Positions 56,630-64,000 of a stretch of 64,000 nucleotides of DNA are shown here, in pieces. The notes beneath the pieces were generated by a model. That model saw nothing but the letters and a program-made list of their open reading frames with translations. It did no database searches and was not told the DNA's origin. Positions within the stretch are counted from its first letter, which is position 1. Every line of letters begins with the position of its first letter. Source of the DNA: a bacterium (GTDB lineage Bacteria > Patescibacteriota > Microgenomatia > UBA1400 > PJMF01); the NCBI GenBank assembly GCA_027620445.1, contig JAQBYG010000002.1, forward strand, positions 1,130 through 65,129, in the 5' to 3' direction. The translations under genes were made by a program, and so were the position numbers.

Positions 56630-58882
56630 ATGTACAAAAATAAGTTCAAACTAGCAGCTCCATACTCTCCAGCTGGGGATCAGCCAACAGCGATCGCCCA
56701 CCTGGTCGATGGAGTATCAGAGCATCAAAAACACCAAGTTCTCCTCGGAGTCACTGGCTCGGGCAAAACCTACACCATGGCTAAGGTAATTGAGGAGTCG
56801 CAACTTCCAACGCTTGTCATTGCCCACAACAAAACCCTGGCGGCCCAACTATACCAAGAGTTCCGTGATTTTTTTCCCGAGAATGCTGTGAGCTACTTTG
56901 TGTCGTACTACGACTATTACCAACCGGAAGCCTACATTCCTTCCACCGATACGTATATTGAAAAAGAAGCAACGATCAACGACGAGATTGACAAACTTCG
57001 CCTGGCTACCACAACTAACTTGCTCACTCGCAGTGATGTTATTATCGTTTCTTCTGTTTCGGCGATCTATAATCTCGGCTCACCGTTGGAGTATGGGAGT
57101 CAAACACTGGAACTAATTGAGGGCGAACTTATCCCCCGAAAGTCACTCCTCCTCCAGCTCAGCAACCTGCAGTATGTCCGATCTGATGTCGAGCTAAAAA
57201 GAGGCGCCTACCGTGTGCATGGTGATACGATTCAGATCTGGCCAGCGTACGAGGGTACTGCACTCAAACTCGAGCTCGCTGGTGACACCATTGAGCACAT
57301 CCATTGGATTGACCCAATTACCGGAAGTAACACGACGCCAGAAAAACCAGTTACAGCAAATGAGTTTTCGCAAAATACTTCTGAGACCCGCAACAAACGA
57401 TTTACCATTTATCCTGCCAAACACTATCTGGCTGGCGTGCGTGATCAAACAGCTGCCATCAAGCAAATCGAACAAGACTTGGAACAGCAGGTGAGCGAGC
57501 TAAAACAGCAGGATAGATTGATTGAAGCCTATCGATTGCAACAAAAAGTTTCTTATGATCTAGACATGATAAAAGAGTTTGGTTTTACCAATGGCATAGA
57601 AAACTACTCGCGATACTTTGATGGCAGAAGTCCAGGACAACCACCGTACACACTTCTCGAATACTTTGCGGAAAATGCACGTCGCCAAAATATTCCCTCA
57701 TTCCTCACTTTTATTGACGAAAGTCACATCACACTGCCACAAATCTCTGGCATGCACCGGGGAGATCGTGTTCGCAAAGAGACGCTGATTAAGTATGGTT
57801 TTCGCTTACCAAGCGCACTCGACAACCGCCCACTCACTCAACCAGAATTTCAGGAGCGCACGCCGCAAAACATTTATGTTTCGGCTACACCAGGACCAAC
57901 TGAGCTCTCCCTAACTAACAACACAGTCGTTGAACAACTTGTTCGGCCAACTGGCCTGCTTGATCCAGTTATTCAGCTCAGACCGTCTGAAGGCCAAATC
58001 GAGAACCTAGTGCTAGAAATCCTCAGTAGAAAGCAGCGAGGTGAGCGAGTACTCGTCACTACACTAACGAAAAAAATGGCTGAGGCTTTGACAGAATTTC
58101 TCAACACACCGTCCAAAATACTGGGACTAGTAGCAACGCATAACAAAAAAGTGACGGAGCAATCTGCAGACACTCCTATCGTCCGCTACGACTCTGTTCC
58201 GCTCGAACACCTTGAGGTGGGTAAGATTAAAACGCATCTGCATTCGAGTACTCTGATTGGCGCACTGTCACCTTCGGATGAGAGTTTGCCAAAAGTCGCA
58301 TACTTGCACTCTGACATCGAAACGCTTGAGCGCTCCGACATTCTTGATGACCTACGGACCGGAGTGTATGACGTGCTAGTAGGAATTAATCTCTTGCGGG
58401 AGGGTCTCGATCTGCCAGAAGTTTCACTGGTGGCGATACTCGATGCGGACAAAGAAGGATTTCTGCGCTCTGTCACATCGCTCGTGCAAACCATGGGTCG
58501 GGCAGCACGACATGAACAGGGAAGTGTACTCCTCTACGCTGACAACATGACCAAATCTATGCTACAAGCCATAACCGAAACGACAAGAAGACGAGAATAC
58601 CAGATCGCCTTTAACAAAACACATCACATCACCCCGACTGGGATACAAAAACCCATCAAACAGCGTATGCTACCAAAACTTGTCCCAACCGGGAAAAAGC
58701 AAAAGGATGCGAAGACTGCTGCTGAGCACAGCGACGCATACTCGGTTCAAGATCTTGACTCACTCACTCCAGCGGATCGAAAAAAGTATGCGATTCATCT
58801 GCGCAAAAAAATGCAAATAGCAGTAAAAAATATGGCCTTTGAGCAAGCGGCAGAGATCCGCGACATACTGGCACAACTATGA
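56630..58882 (+). CDS. uvrB: Excinuclease ABC subunit B with a ~60-aa insertion in helicase domain 2
   Basis: GVTGSGKTYTMA Walker A, beta-hairpin region, DESH, and YLHSDIETLER...GINLLREGLDLPEVSLVAILDADKEGF. Extra segment NTPSKILG...SLPKVA lies between EFL and YLHSD. Confidence 0.95.
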   Translation: MYKNKFKLAAPYSPAGDQPTAIAHLVDGVSEHQKHQVLLGVTGSGKTYTMAKVIEESQLPTLVIAHNKTLAAQLYQEFRDFFPENAVSYFVSYYDYYQPEAYIPSTDTYIEKEATINDEIDKLRLATTTNLLTRSDVIIVSSVSAIYNLGSPLEYGSQTLELIEGELIPRKSLLLQLSNLQYVRSDVELKRGAYRVHGDTIQIWPAYEGTALKLELAGDTIEHIHWIDPITGSNTTPEKPVTANEFSQNTSETRNKRFTIYPAKHYLAGVRDQTAAIKQIEQDLEQQVSELKQQDRLIEAYRLQQKVSYDLDMIKEFGFTNGIENYSRYFDGRSPGQPPYTLLEYFAENARRQNIPSFLTFIDESHITLPQISGMHRGDRVRKETLIKYGFRLPSALDNRPLTQPEFQERTPQNIYVSATPGPTELSLTNNTVVEQLVRPTGLLDPVIQLRPSEGQIENLVLEILSRKQRGERVLVTTLTKKMAEALTEFLNTPSKILGLVATHNKKVTEQSADTPIVRYDSVPLEHLEVGKIKTHLHSSTLIGALSPSDESLPKVAYLHSDIETLERSDILDDLRTGVYDVLVGINLLREGLDLPEVSLVAILDADKEGFLRSVTSLVQTMGRAARHEQGSVLLYADNMTKSMLQAITETTRRREYQIAFNKTHHITPTGIQKPIKQRMLPKLVPTGKKQKDAKTAAEHSDAYSVQDLDSLTPADRKKYAIHLRKKMQIAVKNMAFEQAAEIRDILAQL

Positions 58883-61842
58883 ACAACACACCCGACTACA
58901 TAAAAATCACTGGTGCGCGCGAGCACAACTTGCAAAATATCTCGATTGATATTCCCAAAAATAAACTCGTCGTGTTTACCGGGCTTTCTGGCAGTGGCAA
59001 AAGCTCACTCGCATTCGACACGCTCTACGCCGAGGGGCAGAGACGCTACGTCGAAAGCCTCAGTTCGTATGCCCGCCAGTTCTTGGGCTTGATGCAAAAG
59101 CCAGACATAGATCATATTGAAGGCCTCTCACCTGCAATCTCAATTGATCAAAAGACAACTTCTCACAATCCGCGCTCAACCGTCGGGACAATTACCGAAA
59201 TTTATGATTACCTGCGACTTCTATTCGCCCGTGTCGGACACCCTCACTGTCATAACTGTGGTCGAGAAGTTTCCTCGCAGTCACTCGATCAGATTCTCGA
59301 GAGAATTCGATCTGAAATGGAACAGCGCTTTGCGAGCGGACAAGTTCGCTTCATGATCTTGGCACCACTGATCAAAAATCGCAAAGGTGAGTTCGCCGCT
59401 TTATTTCAAAACCTGCAACAACAAGGCTACTCCCGCGTCCGGATTGACGCAGAACTCTATTCGCTCGATGAAGATATTACACTCATCAAGACCAACAAAC
59501 ACTCAATTTCCGCTGTCGTAGATCGATTAACCTTCACGCGCCAACAAGCAAAATCAGCAGCCGAGAATAAAAGCTTCACCCAACGACTCTCGCAATCGGT
59601 AGACCAAGCACTGAAATTGTCGGACGGTGAAGTCATTGCCACTTTTATAGACGATGACTCGTTTGCGTTTCCTGAGAAACCAAAAGTCACCACAGACTTT
59701 CTCTTTTCGGAACAACGCGCCTGCGTTGAGTGTGGTATTTCCTTCGCAGAGCTCGAACCAAGGTTGTTTTCTTTTAACTCTCCGGAAGGTGCTTGTGGTA
59801 CCTGCAACGGCTTGGGAACGTTACTCAAAATCGACCAGGAAAAAATCATTGCACCATCACTTTCATTGAGTGAAGGGGCGATCATCCCATTTGCTCGGGT
59901 ACTCAGCAACGACTCATGGTGGTCAAGGTTGGTACGCGAAGTAGCAGAGCAGGGCGGCATCGACTTTCGCAAAACGACCTTCGAAAATATGACTGAGGAA
60001 CAACAACATCTATTGCTCCACGGCTCAGACAAAATATATACCGTTTCTGGGGAAAACAGATTTGGCAGCGAGACTGCTATCCAAGAAAAATTTGAAGGGT
60101 TTCTGACCAACCTTGAGCGACGTTACAGCGAAACAGACTCAGAGTACATCCGCAAAGAGATCAGTCAGTACATGCACAAAGAGGTCTGTCCGTCCTGTAA
60201 TGGCCAGCGACTCAAAAAGGAAGCACTGAGTGTTGAAATTGATCACAAACACATTGCCAGTGTTACCGCACTTCCAATTGATATCTGTCGCACTTGGATT
60301 GATTCGCTGGATGCGACTGTTTTCTCAGAGCAAGAACGAGTCATTGGTCAATCGATTGTTCGGGAGATCTCACTGCGACTCGAGTTTTTGCACGCAGTTG
60401 GCCTCAATTACCTCACTCTCGATCGAGAAGCGGCGACTCTGGCTGGAGGAGAAGCGCAGCGTATTCGACTCGCCTCACAGATCGGCACAGGGCTTACTGG
60501 TGTGCTGTATATTCTTGACGAACCAACTATCGGTTTGCATCAGCGAGACAACCAACGATTAATAGCAACGCTCAAAAATTTACAGGAAAAGGGTAACAGC
60601 GTCATCGTTGTCGAACACGATCGTGACGTCATGCTTGCCTCTGATCATATTTTTGACTTTGGTCCGGGCGCTGGCACTGCTGGTGGAAACATCATCGCAT
60701 CTGGTACGCCACAAGAGTTAATGGAAAACAAAAAATCGATTACAGGTCAATACCTCGCGCGAAAGAAGGATGTGGTTCGAAAAAAATCTGCACCTGAACG
60801 AAAAATTGTTGCTCTCGACCAGGACGACTCGACAGAACACATCAAAATTACTGGTGCCCAAAGACATAATCTGCAATCAGTTGATGTATCGTTTCCGCTT
60901 GAGAAGTTTTGCTGCATTACCGGCGTTTCAGGTTCAGGAAAATCAACCCTCTTGCACGATATTCTCTACTCAAATCTGATTAAACACCTCGGTCGCCAAT
61001 CTCAGGAACAAACCGGGGCAGTAGAGCAGATCATGATTCCAGATACAGTGCAGCGCGTTACCCTCATCGACCAAAGCCCGATCGGTAAAACGCCCCGCTC
61101 GAACCCTGCTACCTACACCAAGGCATTCGACAACATCCGTACGTTGTTTGCACAAACAAAAGATGCAGCCATCCGTGGGCTCAAACCAGGCAACTTTAGC
61201 TTTAATGTGCGAGGCGGACGATGCGAAAGCTGTCAGGGCGATGGACAGATCAAAATCGAGATGCAGTTCTTGCCAGATGTGTATGTCACCTGCGAGGTCT
61301 GTGATGGCAAACGCTACAACCAAGATACGCTTGAAATTCACTATAAAGGAAAAAACATTTCCGAAGTGCTCGACATGAGCATCACCGAAGCCAGCGTTTT
61401 CTTTCAGTCTCATTCTGGCATTGCGAGCAAACTCGATACGCTTTGTGATGTTGGACTCGGGTACCTTAAGCTCGGTCAACCAGCGCCGACACTTTCTGGG
61501 GGTGAAGCCCAACGGGTAAAACTGGCAAAAGAACTCTCGACCAGAAACCCCCACCATGTCGTGTACTTACTCGATGAGCCAACAACCGGACTACACTTCG
61601 CAGATATCCAAAAACTCTTGTACGTGCTCGATAAACTGGTGTCTCAGGGCAACTCTGTGATCGTCATCGAGCACAACCTTGATGTCATTAAAAATGCCGA
61701 CTGGCTCATTGATCTCGGTCCCGAAGGCGGCAGCGGTGGAGGCACAATTGTCGCAACTGGGACGCCAGAGCAGGTAAGTCAGAACAGCAAATCGTATACG
61801 GGACAGTTTCTCAAACAAGAGTTTCTCGAGCAAGCTCAGTAG
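58879..61842 (+). CDS. uvrA: Excinuclease ABC subunit A
   Basis: Two ABC ATPase modules ([33 protein letters not shown]) and zinc-finger Cys pairs. Its start overlaps the uvrB stop (ATGA). Confidence 0.95.
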   Translation: MNNTPDYIKITGAREHNLQNISIDIPKNKLVVFTGLSGSGKSSLAFDTLYAEGQRRYVESLSSYARQFLGLMQKPDIDHIEGLSPAISIDQKTTSHNPRSTVGTITEIYDYLRLLFARVGHPHCHNCGREVSSQSLDQILERIRSEMEQRFASGQVRFMILAPLIKNRKGEFAALFQNLQQQGYSRVRIDAELYSLDEDITLIKTNKHSISAVVDRLTFTRQQAKSAAENKSFTQRLSQSVDQALKLSDGEVIATFIDDDSFAFPEKPKVTTDFLFSEQRACVECGISFAELEPRLFSFNSPEGACGTCNGLGTLLKIDQEKIIAPSLSLSEGAIIPFARVLSNDSWWSRLVREVAEQGGIDFRKTTFENMTEEQQHLLLHGSDKIYTVSGENRFGSETAIQEKFEGFLTNLERRYSETDSEYIRKEISQYMHKEVCPSCNGQRLKKEALSVEIDHKHIASVTALPIDICRTWIDSLDATVFSEQERVIGQSIVREISLRLEFLHAVGLNYLTLDREAATLAGGEAQRIRLASQIGTGLTGVLYILDEPTIGLHQRDNQRLIATLKNLQEKGNSVIVVEHDRDVMLASDHIFDFGPGAGTAGGNIIASGTPQELMENKKSITGQYLARKKDVVRKKSAPERKIVALDQDDSTEHIKITGAQRHNLQSVDVSFPLEKFCCITGVSGSGKSTLLHDILYSNLIKHLGRQSQEQTGAVEQIMIPDTVQRVTLIDQSPIGKTPRSNPATYTKAFDNIRTLFAQTKDAAIRGLKPGNFSFNVRGGRCESCQGDGQIKIEMQFLPDVYVTCEVCDGKRYNQDTLEIHYKGKNISEVLDMSITEASVFFQSHSGIASKLDTLCDVGLGYLKLGQPAPTLSGGEAQRVKLAKELSTRNPHHVVYLLDEPTTGLHFADIQKLLYVLDKLVSQGNSVIVIEHNLDVIKNADWLIDLGPEGGSGGGTIVATGTPEQVSQNSKSYTGQFLKQEFLEQAQ

Positions 61843-63722
61843 TGCAGTACAATAAGACTCGTATGTTTTTTCGCAGCGTGTTTGTGTTTTTTGTGGCAGT
61901 GCTCCTCTCGGTAAGAGTAGCTCAAGCTGTCGAGTCCGACCAACCGTTTGAGTCCAGCATTCACACTACTTACGCAGTTTCTCTAGCGGGTGAGACAACC
62001 ATTTCGCATGAGTTTTCTCTTAAAAATCTTACTGCTACCAGTTTTATTTCTCAGTACGCGCTCAAGAGCCCCTTGCAGAATCTCGAGCGGGTGAGTGCAA
62101 ATAGTAACGGAAAAGAGGTGAAAACTAGCATTGTCGAAACCGAAGATGGCACAACTATTTCGCTCGCATTTGACGACCAAGTAGTGGGAGAAAATAAAGT
62201 TAGAAAATTTACTATTTCGTATAGCTCAATCGACACTGCAATCATCTCGGGAAATGTGCTGGAGCTCTACGTCCCAAGCATCTCTGGAGATGAGCTCTAC
62301 AAAAAGCGAAGCGTGACTCTCAAAACCCCACTGCGCTTTGGTCGAGCTACCCGAGTCACTCCAGAACCAGAAGCGGTGAGCTTCACCGACACAACAGCTA
62401 TTACCAACTTTCCTGACCTCGGCAATCAGGGTGTTGTAGCACTGTTTGGTGATCGCCAATTTTACTCACTGACCTTGCGCTACAACCTAGAAAACACAAG
62501 CAACTCGCAGGGAATCGCGCAAGTTGCTCTCCCACCGGATACCCCGTACCAAAAAATGCAGTATCAATCACTCGATCCAGCGCCAAAAAAACTGCAAATC
62601 GATCAGGATGGTAACTGGATAGCTACCTATGAACTAACACCAAACTCAGCCCAAGCAATTTATCTCACAGCCCAAGTCCGAGTTGGACTCTGGCCATCCC
62701 CAGATGCTCCCCAAACACCAGTCTTACCAGAACACACGCGGTCACAGCGTTTTTGGGAGATTGATACTCACGCCATCTTAGACGTTGCCAAGACTCTCGA
62801 TACGCCCCAAACAATCTATGAGTACGTGGTCGACACACTAAACTATAACTTGCCAGAAAATACCAAAGAGCTCACGCGAAAAGGGGCGGTGGATGCACTG
62901 GGAAATCCTGACGATGCTGTCTGTCAAGAATTCACTGACACATTTATAGCGCTCGCTCGAGCAAAGAACATCCCTGCGCGCAGAGTAACCGGGTACGCCT
63001 ACAGCTCCAATAATGAGCTGAGACCCCTCAGTCTTGGGGCAGACATTCTCCATGCATGGGCAGAATTTTATAACGTCGAAACGAATCAGTGGCAGCAAGT
63101 CGACCCAACCTGGGGCGACACGACGGGTGGGGCAGATTACTTTTCTCAGTTTGACCTCAACCACATTGCCTTTGCGATAAATGGTGTATCGAGTACCACC
63201 CCGTATGCCGCCGGATCGTATAAGTCGGAGTCGTTCGAAAGCAAAGATGTGTCGGTCGAGCTAATAGATGCATTTGTCCCTACTGCCCCAGACCTCTCAC
63301 TTGCTCTAGAGCCGAGAAAGTTGTTTGGACTCTCAATCCCTGGACTGTACTCGGGTCAGATCACCAACAACACCGGGGAAGCCTGGTATGGACTCTCTGT
63401 CTCGCTGAGCACCAACAGCAGTGATGCCAAAACACACATGAGCGACCCCGCAGATAACCTCACCATTCTGCCGTTTCAAACTATTACACTGCCATTTCTT
63501 GTCGTGACAGATCAGGTACAATTGCCGCAGGAAGTGGAGTTGCATGTTCGCAGTACATTGAGCGAAGGATATGACAAAACCATCACCTTCCAAAAGGTAA
63601 AAACGGGCCTTCGCGCCTACCACTATTTTAATGAAACAATCATCGCCATTATCTTGGTCAGCTGTCTTACCCTCGGTACCCTTATCACCGGGAGTTTACT
63701 GGTTTTTAGACGACGCCGGTAA
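61842..63722 (+). CDS. Secreted/membrane-anchored transglutaminase-like cysteine protease domain protein
   Basis: Signal peptide plus a C-terminal TM anchor. Cys-His-Asp core: DAVCQEFTDTFIALARAKNIPARRVTGY, HAWAEFY and QQVDPTWG. Confidence 0.65.
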   Translation: MQYNKTRMFFRSVFVFFVAVLLSVRVAQAVESDQPFESSIHTTYAVSLAGETTISHEFSLKNLTATSFISQYALKSPLQNLERVSANSNGKEVKTSIVETEDGTTISLAFDDQVVGENKVRKFTISYSSIDTAIISGNVLELYVPSISGDELYKKRSVTLKTPLRFGRATRVTPEPEAVSFTDTTAITNFPDLGNQGVVALFGDRQFYSLTLRYNLENTSNSQGIAQVALPPDTPYQKMQYQSLDPAPKKLQIDQDGNWIATYELTPNSAQAIYLTAQVRVGLWPSPDAPQTPVLPEHTRSQRFWEIDTHAILDVAKTLDTPQTIYEYVVDTLNYNLPENTKELTRKGAVDALGNPDDAVCQEFTDTFIALARAKNIPARRVTGYAYSSNNELRPLSLGADILHAWAEFYNVETNQWQQVDPTWGDTTGGADYFSQFDLNHIAFAINGVSSTTPYAAGSYKSESFESKDVSVELIDAFVPTAPDLSLALEPRKLFGLSIPGLYSGQITNNTGEAWYGLSVSLSTNSSDAKTHMSDPADNLTILPFQTITLPFLVVTDQVQLPQEVELHVRSTLSEGYDKTITFQKVKTGLRAYHYFNETIIAIILVSCLTLGTLITGSLLVFRRRR

Positions 63723-64000
63723 AGTTCTCTACGTTGGTAAAGCAATCCGACTAAGAACTCGATTGCGTTCGTACACACAACTCTCAAAACTCTCCGACCG
63801 CATCCACACTCTCTCCACAACTGCGACAACGGTACGCTGGTTGGAACTGGGAAACGAACTCGAAGCGCTCCTCACCGAAGCAGAGCTCATCGGCACCTAC
63901 CAACCACCATTTAACATTTTGCTCAAAGATGACAAAAGTCCTCTGTATATCTACATTTCAAAAGACGCATTTGCCACTATCACCACATTGAGAAAACGAG
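63631..64000 (+). CDS. uvrC: Excinuclease ABC subunit C (5' part; gene continues beyond the window)
   Basis: Not in the ORF track because there is no stop in the window. The frame from the ATG at 63631 reads MKQSSPLSWSAVLPSVPLSPGVYWFLDDAGKVLYVGKAIRLRTRLRSY, the UvrC GIY-YIG domain. It overlaps the last ~90 nt of the preceding gene. Confidence 0.8.
   Translation, partial: MKQSSPLSWSAVLPSVPLSPGVYWFLDDAGKVLYVGKAIRLRTRLRSYTQLSKLSDRIHTLSTTATTVRWLELGNELEALLTEAELIGTYQPPFNILLKDDKSPLYIYISKDAFATITTLRKR

Noticed and set aside
1-64000. CRISPR arrays, IS elements, integrases, rRNA genes
   Set aside because: No short direct-repeat arrays, no transposase or integrase-like ORFs, and no rRNA-like sequence were seen on reading through the window.

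Overview
This 64 kb window reads as a gene-dense chromosomal segment of a small-genome bacterium. The mix of reduced metabolism, an archaeal-type CoA biosynthesis fusion and many GT-C glycosyltransferases resembles a CPR/Patescibacteria (Saccharibacteria-like) genome, but no search was run and this is inference. GC looks moderate by eye (mid-40s %), with clearly AT-richer patches at 25.9-27.7 kb, 37.99-38.7 kb and 7.8-8.1 kb. I count about 60 protein-coding genes and 11 tRNAs, including a five-tRNA operon on the minus strand at 36.4-37.05 kb and four different tRNA-Leu isoacceptors. There are no rRNA genes, no CRISPR array and no IS or transposase genes. Recognisable housekeeping genes include glmS, efp, two enolase paralogs, gpmI, pgi/pmi, lexA, uvrB-uvrA-(membrane protein)-uvrC (uvrC runs off the 3' end), recQ, rarA, a DEAD-box helicase, bcp, a mutY-like gene and a holA-like gene. 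Sequence-level highlights: (1) a T-box leader with a promoter (TTGACA-16-TAGAAT) upstream of a standalone asparaginase-N-domain gene; (2) a probable glmS ribozyme in the glmS 5' leader; (3) a VKOR-dihydroorotate dehydrogenase fusion with a Cys catalytic base; (4) a fused archaeal-type PPAT + DUF359 dephospho-CoA kinase; (5) an Elp3-like radical-SAM/GNAT enzyme divergent from a methyltransferase; (6) four polyprenyl-phosphate-sugar (GT-C) glycosyltransferases plus a nearby PMM/kinase/PMI sugar-activation block; (7) an alpha-proteobacterial-type GTTC-N7-GTTC direct repeat in front of lexA; (8) a frameshifted GT14 gene and an HD-domain gene interrupted by an in-frame TGA. All calls rest on reading motifs by eye; none was confirmed by a search.
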